Shown one piece after another: positions 13,601-25,759 of a DNA stretch of 57,757 nt (positions within the stretch are counted from its first letter, which is position 1; each line of letters starts with the position of its first letter). Source of the DNA: Rhizaria sp. SCN 62-66 (lineage: Eukaryota); NCBI GenBank assembly GCA_001724265.1, contig MEDY01000064.1, forward strand, positions 124,001-181,757, given 5' to 3'. Below the pieces are notes generated by a model. That model searched no databases and had not been told where the DNA came from. It saw nothing but the letters and a program-made list of their open reading frames with translations. A program made the position numbers and the translations under genes.

Positions 13601-15334
13601 CTCCTCCTCGGTCATGGTCTGCTTCTGGCCGTGACCCAGGCCGCTGCGGGGCCCATCGACGTCGTCGTCGTCGTCATCGTCGTCGAGCTTGGCTTTCTTG
13701 TCTGCGGGGCGCGCCGCAGTGGCAGCGCCGGCGGCGACCTTCTGGCCGCCCGCGGCGTCGCCGGCGCCCGCGCCAGCCGCCTTAGCACCGGCCGCGCCGG
13801 CCCCGGCAGCCCCCTTGCCGCTGGCGCTAGTAGGGATCATGTCCCCGTCGTCGTCCGCGCTCGCGCCGCCGCTACCCGCGCGACCGCCCTTGGCAGCCGC
13901 GGCCGCGGAGGCAACGGGGGTCTTCTTGACGGCGAGCCCGGCCGACGCGAGCAGCGCGCTGTTCTCCGTCTGCTCGCCGTCGTCTTCGTCGCCGCTGACG
14001 TAGCCGCTGCGCTTGCGGCTGACACCCGCGTTGCTCTTGCTGGTCGCGGCCTCGATCGCGGCCGAGTCGACCGACACCGCGAGCGGGGCGCTGGCGCCCG
14101 CGCTGGCGCTCTTGGCCGAGCGCTCGATGCTCGCCAGCGACGACAGCGCCGTCGCCACGCGCGCGCCCGACGACTGCGCCTGCGCCTGCATCTGCATCAG
14201 CCGCTCGCGCGGACTCAGCTCCACGGCCGCGGCGGCGGCGGCCGCGGCGGCAGCGGCGGCGGACGCCGCGTTCGCGGCCGCGGCGGTCGCGGCGGCCTTT
14301 GACGCGGCGGCCGCGTTGGCGACGGCCGCGGCGGCGGCAGACTGATGGATCGACGTGTTGAGCGCCGCAAAGGGATTAGTGCCTGCAGTCAGAGGGTTAC
14401 TCGCGTTCGCGAACGGGTTGGTGGCGCCCGGGGCGAAAGGATTACTCCCCACCGCAAAGGGGTTGGGCGCGACGCCGACACCGACGCCGGCGCCGGCGGC
14501 AAAGGGGTTCGTGGCGCCCATCGCGAAGGGGTTGCTCGCCGAGGGCGCGAAGGGGTTGCCGGCCGCGGGCGCGAACGGGTTGGCTGCAGCGCTGAGGCCC
14601 GCAGCGAAGGGGTTCGGGGACACGCCGGGGGCGCCGGCGGCGCCGGCTGCGAAGGGGTTGGGGGCCGCAGCGAAGGGGTTCACGCCTGGGCGCGCGCCGG
14701 CGGCGGCTGCGGCAGCGGCGGCGGTCGCGGCAGCGGCGGTCGCGGCAGCGAAGGGATTACGTGCGGCTGCCGCGGCGAAGGGGTTCGGCGGCGGCTGTCG
14801 CGCGCCGGTGGCTGCTGCGCCAACAGGGGCACCAGCGGCGGCGGTGGCAAAGGGGTTGTTGCGCGCGCCGAGGCTCGCGAAGGGGTTCACGGGCGGCGGC
14901 GGCGGCGGCGGGGCGCCTGTGCCAGTAGCGCCGGCAGCGGTGGGCGCAGCGGGGGGACGCGAGGCGAAGGGGTTCGGGACCGCGGCGGCCGCAAAGGGGT
15001 TTGGAGGCACAGCGCCTGCTGGGCGAGCCGCAGCGGCCGCGAAGGGGTTCGGCGCGGGCGCGGCAGGTGCGCCCGCGCGACTGGCAGCGGCGGCCGCGGC
15101 GGCGGCGAAGGGGTTCGGGGGCGGCGGGGGCGCACGGGGGCCTGAGGAAGCAAAGCGCGCGCAGCCGCGGGTCAGCACGGGGGCTGCGTGGCGCGCGGCA
15201 GAGCCGATCGCGGTGCTGGTTGCGGAAGCAGCAGACTTTGTGAGTGTAGCAGCGAAGGAAGTCGTTGCGGCGGCGGCGGGGGCGACAAGGCGCACGCGAC
15301 GCCGGGCAGCGCCGACAGTGCCCAGTCCCTGCAT
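10643..15334 (-). CDS. MTIF2: Organellar (probably mitochondrial) translation initiation factor IF-2, ~1521 aa; exons 15334-12218 and 12091-10643
   Basis: G1 GHVDHGKTSLLD, EAGRITQSIG, DTPGHAVFKNMRARGA, NKCD, LKADVHGSLDAL, SLKHFKDEV..GKECGV. The Arg/Ala-rich N-terminus resembles a transit peptide. Splicing joins VVRQ|GSLRVGD. Stop is TAA. Confidence 0.93.
12092..12217 (-). other. Spliceosomal intron (126 nt) in IF2
   Basis: GTACGT...CTAAC...TTTTAG, AT-rich, phase 0, restores the conserved IF2 sequence. Confidence 0.92.
14370..15120 (-). repeat. Array of ~19 NPF(A) peptide repeats in the IF2 N-terminal extension
   Basis: Recurrent GAAGGGGTT on the + strand, equal to AAC CCC TTC (NPF) on the - strand. 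Confidence 0.9.
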
Positions 15335-16035
15335 GGTACCGGCGCGGCGCAAGATTATGGCTTCAGGTAAAAGTGTAGGGTAGGTGGGGGAGCTAGAGAG
15401 CTGTAGGGCTGAGCGAGGCGGTGTGGCGCGGTGCGAAGACCAGAGCAAGAGAGCGAGAGTGGTGAGGCGAGCAGCTCAGTGAGATAAATCCGGGCACAAG
15501 TAGGTATATAGAGCAAAATATCAGAATAAAAGCTATATTCGTGCGCGCATAAAATCATACCGCGACAATATGCTATAATGACGCTTGCAAGACGATAAGA
15601 ATTGATTTTCCGAACTTTTACGCACGGCTGCGGTCGCTTGCCTAAATTCGTTGCAGCTTCTCGTTTCTTCGCCACATCTAGGAAGTTGGCAATATCTGCA
15701 TAAGCTCGCGCTATGTCGGTACTTTCAAGTGTTTCTTCAGGCGTCTGCTATAGAAATAGAACTTTCAGTATCATTGATTTGGTTATTATCCACCAGGCTT
15801 CCTGTAAGGTGTCGAACTGGCTTCACTTGCGGAGTTGGACTGGTGCCAACCACGTGCGGCCAGTTCGAGCATTTCCCCTAGCATGAAGTCTCTAATGTCC
15901 TCAAAATGACATATAATTTCACGTCATTTATGTTACTGTTATTTCCTATTAGAATCACGTGCTTACATCTCCTTTGACGGTCTCCTCACGCTACGCATTC
16001 ACGATTTTCGTTAATCCCTGTTAGTCCGATCGCCA

Positions 16036-18593
16036 ATGAGCAGTGCCGGCAAGAAGCGCAAGGTCGCCGCCAAGGCCTCTAAGGCGGCCACCAAGAAGCC
16101 CACCCAGACGGATTCCCCTGTCTCTTCCGACGACGAAGCCGACCGTCGCACCCGCGACGAGCACGCCGCTGCGCGCGAGTGGCTGTCCACGCTGGCCCCC
16201 ACCGACGTGCTGTCGAAGGACCTGTTCGACGCCGACCGCATCGCAGCGCTGCGCTCTGAGTTCGCCAACAAGCTCCCGTTCCCGCACTGCACGATCGAGA
16301 ACTTTGTCGACTCGCAGTTTCTTGCCGCGATGCTGGATGAGCTCAAGAACCTCGACTACGCCTCGAAGAACAACGACCTGTACAACTTCTCCCAGTCCGA
16401 GGAGGACCTTAAGTGCGTGACCTTCCCGCTCGTGACCCACTTCCGCGAGCTGCTCTACTCCCCGGCGACCGTGGCGGCGCTGTCGCAGATCTCGGGCATC
16501 CCGCTCTACGGCCTTGACAGTCCGTCGCAGCCGGACTTCTTCGCCGCCGTGTACTCAGACAAGTCCCGCCTCCTGTGCCACGACGACGAGCTCGAGGGCC
16601 GTCGCATCGCCTTCATCGTGTACCTCGCCGAGGAGGGCTGGGCCGACGCCGACGGCGGGCAGCTCGACCTGTTTAACACCGACGCCGCGACGGGTCAGCC
16701 CGCGGACATCGCCGTGTCGTACGTGCCCAAGTGGGGCTCGTTCACATTCTTCGAGGTCTCACCCAAGAGCTACCACCAGGTACGTCGCAAGTCAAATATT
16801 TCTATTTTTATAACGCACTTATCAAACTACATCGTATGATGTTTATATTTCTGCTTCAACGCTATTTTTGCTGATGTAGCTTCCAACTGTCGTACCTTGT
16901 TTCTTGCTTTGCTATCTTGATCGCATGTAGGTGCGTGAGGTTCTGTCCAAGAACAAGCTGCGCGTCTCTATGGGCGGCTGGTTCCACGGTCCCCCCATCA
17001 CTCGCAAGGCGCCCGTTATCGAGCCCGTGGCCGCCGCGTTCCCGCCGGTCCCCGCGCCCGTCGGCGCGGCGGCCGGCGGCGTGCTGCCCGGCTGGGTTAA
17101 CAAGCAGTACACGGCCGCCAAGATCGTGCCCCAGATCAAGGCCGCGTTCAGCGAGGACTCGTCGCTGGAGCTCCACAACTTCATCTCCGACGCTCTTTAC
17201 AAGGAGATTCTCGGTGAGATTGTTGCTCTGGAGAAGACCGCGTTCCCCAATGTCGCCGCCAATGGCACTGCTGCCGACGCCAAGACTCCTGTGCCTGCTG
17301 CTGAGGCTGAGGCTGAAGCTAACAACGACGACGACGACGGGAACGACGACGAAAGCGACGAAGAGGACGAGGAGGACGAGGGTGAGACCCCCGAGTCCGC
17401 CAAAACTGCAACGACCGCCGCCAAGAAGGGCGCCAAGGGCAAGGCCAAGGGCAAGGCCGGGACCAAATCCAAGGGGGCCAAGGCCGGCAAGGCGGGCAAG
17501 GGCGTCAAGGCCAAGGCTGCCGCCGCCAAGAAGGCCTCTGCGACCGCTGGTGCCGGCGCCAGCGAGCCGCTAGAGCCCGCGGTGCTGCCTGCGCTGATGA
17601 CCTACCCGGTCCCCGGTCTGGGCCTGTCGCTCGCCGGACCCGCCAACTTCCGCTGCTTCTATGAGCAAGTGTCGCCCGGCCAGGCGTTCGCGTTCCCGCA
17701 GACGCACCCGGAGGCGGCCGGCGCAGGGCCGCAGCAGGGCGCCGTGTTCAGCGGCCCGTCGGTGACGCCGAAGCTCGACGCGCTCGTCGAGGAGCTTAAG
17801 GGGGAGAAGTTCGCGAAGGTACGTTTTCAATCCGATTTATATTTGAAAAGGTTTTGCAATGCTGCAAATGGTGTGTGGCAATTTCGTGTGTATTGTACAA
17901 CTGTGTGTACATTCCTCATATTTTTTTGGCTTTTTTATGTCTGCACGTTTTAGTTCATCGAGACCGTGACCGGGATGACGGTGAGCTCCGTGACGCCCCC
18001 CTCGCGCCGGCTCTTTCGCCGCGGTTGCTACACCCTGGCCCACGACCACGAGCTTGAGACGCTGGAGGAAGCACTCGACGTCACCGTCACCTTTATGGTG
18101 CCCAAGGCGGCGCTCAAGTGGGATGAGTCCGACGGCGGCTCCATTCACTACCTCCAGGCCGGCGCTGACGAGGAGCTGCTCACCGTCATGCCCGTGCCCA
18201 ACGCTGTCACAATGGTCTACCGGTACGTAAACGACGGCATCGCGAATATTGCTGAATTAGCACGTTCACAACTGACGATGAACCAAGAAAAAGTTAAATG
18301 TTTTTATTCTAATTGTGACTACATTGTCTCACATATCGGTTCTGTGTTTTGTCTTTATTTGTGTGTTTTCTTTCGTCTCTGCGTTGTCCGATGGTGTTGT
18401 CTCGATGCTGTTTAGTGCCGGTGCGAGTACAAACGATGACGGCACTCGCGAAGGCGGCGTGATGCAGTTCACCCGCTATCTTTCGCACACCGCGCCTGGG
18501 TTTGTGTTCCAGGTCAAGATGACCTACCGCGGCCTTGAGGGTGACGACGATGATGACGCTGAGGCAGGAGCGGAGGATGGTGCTGATGAGTGA
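16036..18593 (+). CDS. OGFOD1: Prolyl 3-hydroxylase OGFOD1/Tpa1/Ofd1, ~692 aa; exons 16036-16779, 16931-17818, 17954-18222, 18416-18593
   Basis: PFPH, KNNDLYNFSQS, LLCHDDELEGRRIAFIVYL (HxD), FFEVSPKSYHQVREV, RVSMGGWFH, RLFRRGCYTL. Three GTACGT...TAG introns keep frame. Stop is TGA. Confidence 0.92.
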
Positions 18594-19127
18594 ATGAGCT
18601 GGTGAACTACACAAAAGCAAGCGGGCCAGATAGGCTTCATATATTGGTATAAACACACTACGATACAAATGTGTACAATATATTTCCACGACAATACCAA
18701 CATGTATCAACGATCTTATGAACTACTTGACAGGTCGCACTCGCGATCAATACTTGTAATTCCGATCAGTCATATTAATACAGTTGCACACAACACCTGA
18801 ATTAAGTCATTTTTAAGCAAGTGGTGAGAACTAAATGTAATTAATGTAATTAATTTTATTATATTCATGGATTTATTTCATTAATTAATGACGGCGAAGG
18901 CTCAAAATATTTTATGTTTAGTAAGAATCCATCGATCTGCTATTTTACGCGCGTGGGGGGGAACTCACAATAAAAAAGTATTACTCCCCATGTGGCCACG
19001 CAACCAGCGATCAAAAATAACAGCGAGATGTCATTCCACCAAAAGCAAACAAGTCCAATACGTAAGCACTTCAACACTAAATGTGTTCAATCTTGAGCTG
19101 CTAGGTCATCCTCATACTGTTGTCACA

Positions 19128-21578
19128 TCACAGCAAATCAAAGAAGTAGTCGAGCCCCTGCCCACAATCCCATACGGCCACTCCAGCAGCGTCGGCCTTC
19201 TGTGCAGCCTTGACCCTAGCCGCGACCGAGTGCAGCGACGGGTACCACAGGTACTCACTCTCCCCCGTCAGCGTATACACCGTCGTCGCAGCTGACTTCA
19301 AGTTGCCGGCCTCAGTCCGCGTCCCCGTCTCTGCCTCAGATCCTGCTGTGGTGAACAACGGCCGCTGGTAGTAGTGCTCGCCCGACGTGGCGTGGTACTT
19401 AAACCCTCCGCCAATAAGCCCCGCCATAGCGGCGCGCTCCTTCGCACCCGAGGGCACCTTCTTCAAGTCGCCCGACGCAACAGCATCACCCGTCTTGACT
19501 TCGCCCCTCCCCTTCCCCTTGCTCTTGTTCTTGGCAGCCGCGGCAGCGACCTTGGCGGCCTCAGCCGCAGTGACCACAATGGCGGTGCCAGCCTTAACCG
19601 CGGCCACTGCGGCGGCGTCCTGCTGCAGTGTGGCGACAAGGTCCCTGCCCAACACTGGCTGCGACTGCGCGCCGTGGGTGTATCGCATGCCGTAGAAGTT
19701 GAGGCCGGCAAGGGACTTGCTGCGGACCAGGCCCGTGGCGTCGGCCTCGGAGAGGGCCGTAAGAGACTGGGAAAACCATGACAGCGGCGACGCGGGCCAC
19801 CCGTGCACGCGCAAGCGAGACTAGAGGTGATGGAGAAAATGCCACAAACCAGAAAAAGGGAAATTAGAGTAAGTAAAGGAGATGAGAGTTCAAATTTGAT
19901 TGTGAACATTGTCAAAATATTGTTTTAGTCGCCAAATACTGTACATATGATATCATTTAGCACGAAAAAATAACGATGAATTCAATTGCTACTAGACTCA
20001 AGCCGCACATTGCGTTTGTGTGCATACCTCGACCTGGTCCCTGGGCAGCTGCTGACTCAGCAGTTCCCGCACGTTAGACACCACCATAGGGTCCGTAACG
20101 CCGTCCTTAGGTGCAAAATCGTACGTCATCAGCGAAAACCTGTCGACAACATCGGCCAGCACAGCCGCGTCAACGGCCGCAAACACGGGCGGCGGCGGCT
20201 TCTGGCCGCCGTTGTTCGCGGTCTTCGCGTTCGGGCTCGGGGCAATGTAACGGCGATAGGTGGGGTTATTGGGGGCCGCTGGGGTGAGCTTCTTCGCGTC
20301 GCTCTTGCCCCCCGTGGCGCTGGCGCTCTTAGCGTTCGCTGTCGTGATGGGCGTGGGCGCGGAAGGACGCACGACCAGCACGATCGACTTGGCGTGGCTC
20401 GCCGCGTCGCTGCCACTCTCGCCCTAGCTGCTCAGCGCGTTAGCGCGCGCGATATCCTCGCCGAGCGACTTGACAGAGTCGGCGACCTGGCGCACGAGTA
20501 GGTTGAGCACGTGGCGCGGCGACATCAGGTCCGCCTTGGTGAGGTCCTTCGCGCCCACTGTCAAATCCGCGGTGCTCTGCGCGTACAGACCGGGCGTGTG
20601 CTGGGGGTGATCGGGGTACTCGCCGGCAACGGGCCAAAAGTACGTCCACTCCAGAGTTAAGCCATCGTAGTCGTACTTCATCACCAAGTCGGTCAGCAAC
20701 TGGACGATCTGCGCGCGCACGGCGGGCTCGGAGAAGAGCCGCGTCGACAGCTCGTCGCTGGGCTCGGCCAGCACGCGCGGCAGCACGCGGGGGCGGTGCG
20801 CGGGTCGCGGGAAGTTAGGCCGCGGCTTGCCTTCCGCCCCGGATCCGTCATCAGCGGTTCCCTCGCTCATGCGCTTGATGTTGTTGCCTTCACCAGCGCC
20901 GTCGACGCCAGCTCCCGTGAACGCATTCGCGTTGAACCACGCGACGTACGTGCCGATGTCGCGGCCCGTAATGGCGGAGAGCCAGGTGACGTCGACGTCG
21001 TGCTCGCCGTCGAGGTACGCCTCGACGGTGGCGCCCGTCGCCGCCGCGGCCGAGCCCGAGGGAGCGGGGCGGAACTTAAGGCTGTGCCAAACCGGGGACA
21101 CGGACGGGAACCGGTGGGGCGCCTGCTGCACGAGATCGTACCCGTGGCGGTTCCACGGCGTCACGTAGCACAGGCTCTCCGTTGCGGGCAGCGAGAGACC
21201 CCCGCTCGCAGCCCCTGTGTCGACCGCACTGCTGCTGCTGTTGTTGCTGACAGGCAGGAGAGAGCTGGCCAGCGCGTGGTGCTCGAGCACACTCGCCGCG
21301 GTGGGGGACACGGTCACCAAGCCGCGGGCCTGCACCGGCAGCAAGGGGTCAGCGCTGGCGACCGTGGTTGCAGTCGCAGCGGAGGCCTTGATAGCGCTGG
21401 AGAGAGAAACGATCGCCGTGGGCTGCGAGGCAAGGAACATCGAAGCAACGGCGGCGACAACGAGAGCGATAACGGCGACGATAACGTAGATCGAAGTCTT
21501 TCCACGAGCAGGGGGTAAAGCCGCTGCCTTGGTGGACGCGGGAACAGGACCGCGTGGGGCGGCGGGAGGAGCAGCCAT
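19128..21578 (-). CDS. CHID1: Chitinase domain-containing protein 1 (inactive GH18), ~747 aa; exons 21578-20028 and 19820-19128; internal in-frame TAG at 20426-20424
   Basis: N-terminal TM/signal anchor, then YVTPWNRHGYD, VSPVW and YDGLTLEW before the TAG. FSLMTYDF, GLNFYG, LWYPSLHSVAARV and GVAVWDCGQGLDYFFDLL follow it. Intron 20027-19821 is GTATGC...CTAG. Stop is TGA. Confidence 0.88.
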
Positions 21579-22872
21579 GGGTTTAGCCACGTTTTGTCAA
21601 AGACAAGGGAGTCGCGATTGCGGCTGGAAAAGATTGTGGAAAAGTAGATAGAACGAGATGATAAAACCGTATGTAACGAGACTAACAAGTGTACACATAT
21701 TTCATCGAAATTTATATGTGCTCGTGAAATTATGCTATCTGGGAGTGAATTTGTGGTGTAGTGCACATCTTTTTCATAAGGGGCAGTCAAAGAGGTGCAG
21801 GACGAACAAGTGAAATCATATCTGCCAGGTGCGTATTGGCTAGACGTGCGCTTATAATATTAATATTTGAGTATCACATATAAATTGTTTATTGGTATAT
21901 TATACTATGTTTCCACAGCAAAAAGATATCATTAACTAGTATATCCAGTGAGTTAATCATGAAACCAGTGCGTGGCGGCATGAAAACCAGCTATCACACA
22001 GGACCATGATGACCCTTAACGTGGTTCAGCAGACTTGATCGCACAAATTCGAGTCAAACAGTGCATTATGCGAGACTAGGTACAAGTTTTATATGACCCT
22101 TAGTCAATCTCATAAGCACCAAGTATGACGAGCTGACTGTCACTCAAGATGCGAATTGTAACGATCAAGTTTTAGACCAGGTGATGCAGCAAGAATACGC
22201 GCAGAACCGAGTGTATAACAGATGCTATATAGAACAACCTACACTGTTAAAGACTAGGCGTGCGCGCTGCCTACACGCAAGACTATGTTGCAAGAGTGTT
22301 GCATGCGACAGTACTGACTTGAAGTGATCCTCTGCGGCTTTCCATGTCACGCACTAGCAAAGCCGTGACTGGAGGAGCTATTACGCACTTTTAATGATAA
22401 ATTATATGTGTTAAATGGCATATCGCGTCTTTGTTTCAATACGAAGTCGTCTTACGATGCGTGTGTCAAATTTGTATAGAAGCACGGTCACTTCGGGTCT
22501 GCAGCTACCGTTTGTGGTGGAAATCGAGTCGTTCGGTAAGCTTGAATTGTGATGTTCATATCCGAGCCAACTCTTCGTCAAATGGTGCATGGAGTTGGAT
22601 CATGAAACAAACTTGGGTAAAATCTTTGAATCGAATGTCACATTGCTCTATGGCTTATATCATCTGTACTACTCATCCTGCGTTCAAGGTCAATGCAACG
22701 GGTCTCCCATCTCCGACCAATCCTTCACCTAAACTGACGACTAGCTGGACAAAACTGGAGTCCATCTCGACTCTCCGAGTTGATGCTGAATTAACGCGAA
22801 ATATTAAGCCCTGCTATTTCTGTTTTATTTCACGAAATGACTATCTTTACTGTGTACTCTTGTCATTTGTAG

Positions 22873-24332
22873 ATGGAGCCCCAGCACTTCGAGACAGATG
22901 ACGCTGCCGCTTCTGGCGCCACTGCCGGCCCCAAATTCTCCTGGCTCGCCACGTCCCGGCGCTACCATACCGCTTTTGCCACCGTCGGCGCTTTTCCTCT
23001 GCTCGTTACAATTGTGACAGGCTGTGCGTATCGCTTCCTGCGCGCCGTGCTCAACGTCGACAAAGAGCGCATCGGCTGGCTGCTCGGCCTGCACACTTTC
23101 TCCGTCGCCGGCATCGGCGCCTTCTACCCGCTCCTCGTCGCCTTCCTTGTCTTTGGGCTTGCGCTCTCCTCCGCGCTCCCGCTCCTGCGCCACCTCCATG
23201 CGACGTACAACAAGTTAGGCCGCGCCCCGACCTCTGCGATGGCGCGCGCCACCGCCGCCGCGCCGTGGTCCGCCGCCACTGCGCACCGGGCCCTCGGTTA
23301 CGTCTCGCTGCCGCCGCTGCTGCTCTTCGCTGCCACAGGCGCACTGTACACGATGGAGAAGCACTGGGGCGCTGCGGACAAGGCGTACATGAAGACTATG
23401 ATGCGCTGGCATCAGGTGCGTAAACAACGTCACATCAACTGAACTGATGTATCAGCAGGATACCTGTTTTTTTCCGTAATCCTATGTTTCAATTATATTG
23501 CGGTTTTATGTTATTATTGGTATTTCTTGTTTTAAACGTATCCCTTATATCCTAAACATTGCGTACTCACTTACTCAAACTTGTGTGACCATTGTTATGC
23601 ATTACGATCAACTACACCTGCACCTGCAGCTCTCGTTCGCGATGCCTGCAGTTGTCTGGACCACGCTGTCCGCGATTCCCCTTGCCCTTCTTGTCGGATT
23701 TGGTCTTGTTCTGCTTGCGCGTGTGACTTTTAGCGCAATGCAGGCCCGCGGCATCCACATCGTGTAAGTCAAATTACCTGAAAACCAAATGCCTATCGTC
23801 AATATCTTCTCGTATATGTTGTGTGCAGAAGAACATCGCATTGAAAAAATGTTCTTGGAATGTTTTAATTTTGAGAACTCTGTATACCACGTTGTGCTCA
23901 TGAAAAAACCTCGTACATGTTACTTGTTTCTGGCGCAATTGCTTGCCTCATATGCTACACAGGTTCAACCTGCGCTCCATTGACGACCCCCTCCAGTCGC
24001 GCGTGGGCCCTCCCCCGGCCTCCACTGGTGCCTTCCCCAACCCCGCCAGCGGGGGTCGTGGTGGTCTAACTTCCTCCCCGACCCGCATCGCGCCCAGCTC
24101 GGCCCGCAACGGCGCGGCCGCGGTGGCGCCGACCCCGTCCGCCGTCGCGGGCGCCGCGGGGACCGGTTTCGCGCTGGCGATGAGTCCGCGCGAGGCGGCG
24201 GCCGCGGCGGCACGCGAGGCCCAGATCCGGTACGCGCCGGTGCATCACGCGGCCGCGGGGGCGGACTGCGCGCTTTCGCTCGACGACAACGACGACGACT
24301 CGGCGTAGTACGAGTCGGACACCACAGCGTGA
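22873..24332 (+). CDS. Membrane protein with two PepSY-TM-like repeats; exons 22873-23415, 23630-23763, 23963-24332 (ends at 24308 if TAG is a stop)
   Basis: Duplicated unit RRYH..FPLLVTIVTG.Y..LLGLH / AHRALG..PPLLLFAATG.Y..MMRWH. Introns GTGCGT..GCAG (phase 0) and GTAAGT..ACAG (phase 2) join three ORF-track ORFs in frame. Confidence 0.7.
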
Positions 24333-25165
24333 GGGGGCAGTCCGTGGGACGCCGATGGTGTCGTGATTTGATATTTTTAGAGCATACTTGTGCTGATACG
24401 TTAGTTATTGTTTTTTTGTTATTCGTATTTGATTTGAAATGATCATGGTGGATGTTAATAGTTCTGTTGGTATCGTGGTTATATCTGTTTGTTTGTTTTT
24501 GTGTTTGAGTGTTTGATGTTATGTTAATAATCTTCGAGTTTATGGTATTTTGTATAAGTATGTCGTTATTATTAATGTAGAAACCTTATTTGCTTCATCT
24601 TTGTGACAATTTTCCTGGCTCACTAGCAGTCGTTGTCGTCATCCCTAATACGAGTATTTCAACTCGCGTTTACATGGCGTGTCACGATAGCGATTGTTGA
24701 CAGAGCTAGTGATACGTTCATTTATGATTGTGATCTTTGTACGTACATGCTAATCTGGTTTGTTTTAGTAGTCATGTTGATAGATTAAACAATCGTATGG
24801 ATTCGTGATCACGAGTACTCGAAGACTGTGAACGCCGATGAAGGAACGCTTAACGCGAGCTTGATAATGACTCAAGCCCACATACGTGTCACAAAATAAA
24901 TACGGAAATTGAAGAGACATTATGTTCAAACCATTCCCCGATATTTGCCGTCTGTCGCTGCAGACATGGCGTCGTTAAATTAACAGTTAAGCCTACTGTC
25001 AGTCGCATCTCGGGTACTTGTTCCAGAAATGAGATGGCCTGTGTTCTGATTTCAACAAACAATGGTGACATTATTTTTGGCACTGACTCATTAACAATTT
25101 ATCTCGTCAAACTGTCACCAGTGGTCGCTCACCATCCGGCATTCCTACTGCAGAGTGAAGTGCAC

Positions 25166-25537
25166 ATGTCTCACTCAGTTCCGCAGCCAAATGCCGCGTC
25201 TGGTGCAACGGAGGCTCAACCCCAGGCATCTTCCGACTCCCTCGATGGCATGCACCGTTTAAAGACGGTAGTTGCCCCTTCTCCTGCGGCTGAGCAGCGC
25301 AAGCATGTTGAAGGCCGTATCAACCAGCGTCGCCTGTTCCGGGTCAAGAGTCTGACTGAGGACGGGGACGATGCGGTGCTGAGAAAGAAGACCAAGTCGA
25401 CGCAGAGGATGTGGCAGGCGTCAGAGTGGGTGCCGCTGGAATATTCCCAGCGAATGGAGACTACCAACAAGTTGATGGCAGTCATTGTCAGGCTATCAAA
25501 GATCAAAAAGCAACGTAAAACGCAAGAATAGCCTTGA
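25166..25537 (+). CDS. Small basic hypothetical protein (ends at TAG 25531 or, with readthrough, TGA 25537)
   Basis: GC-richer island with a plausible ORF (MSHSVPQ...SKIKKQRKTQE). No recognised domain and the start is uncertain. Confidence 0.5.
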
Positions 25538-25759
25538 ACAAGATTGATCCATCGTTAAGTATCATTTGTGTATTAGACATAAGTGAGGTTCAAATATTAT
25601 TTCGCATAACATGTGTGGAACATGTTTTTTAGGTGGTCATTTCCCTGGCCTGTTCCGACAAAAACTTGGAATCATCACAAAACGATAAGTGTTCGTGTCG
25701 TTACTCAAATCACAATCTTCTCATCCTCTGCGTAAACGGACACCGCAGTGAGAAGTAGA

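Noticed and set aside
14370-15120. GAAGGGGTT repeats as a CRISPR-like or telomeric array
   Set aside because: Short, irregularly spaced, in-frame repeats with synonymous variation; they encode NPF.
20640-20680. Degenerate GH18 catalytic motif (YDGLTLEWT) as a sign of pseudogenisation
   Set aside because: CHID1 proteins normally lack the DxxDxDxE motif.
21950-22290. Short direct repeats (CATGAAA(A)CCAG, ATGACCCTTA, AGACTAGG)
   Set aside because: Only two or three copies each, with no regular spacing or terminal structure.
23765-23767. TAA as the end of the membrane-protein gene
   Set aside because: It is part of a GTAAGT donor whose phase matches the acceptor at 23962, so 23943..24308 is better read as exon 3.
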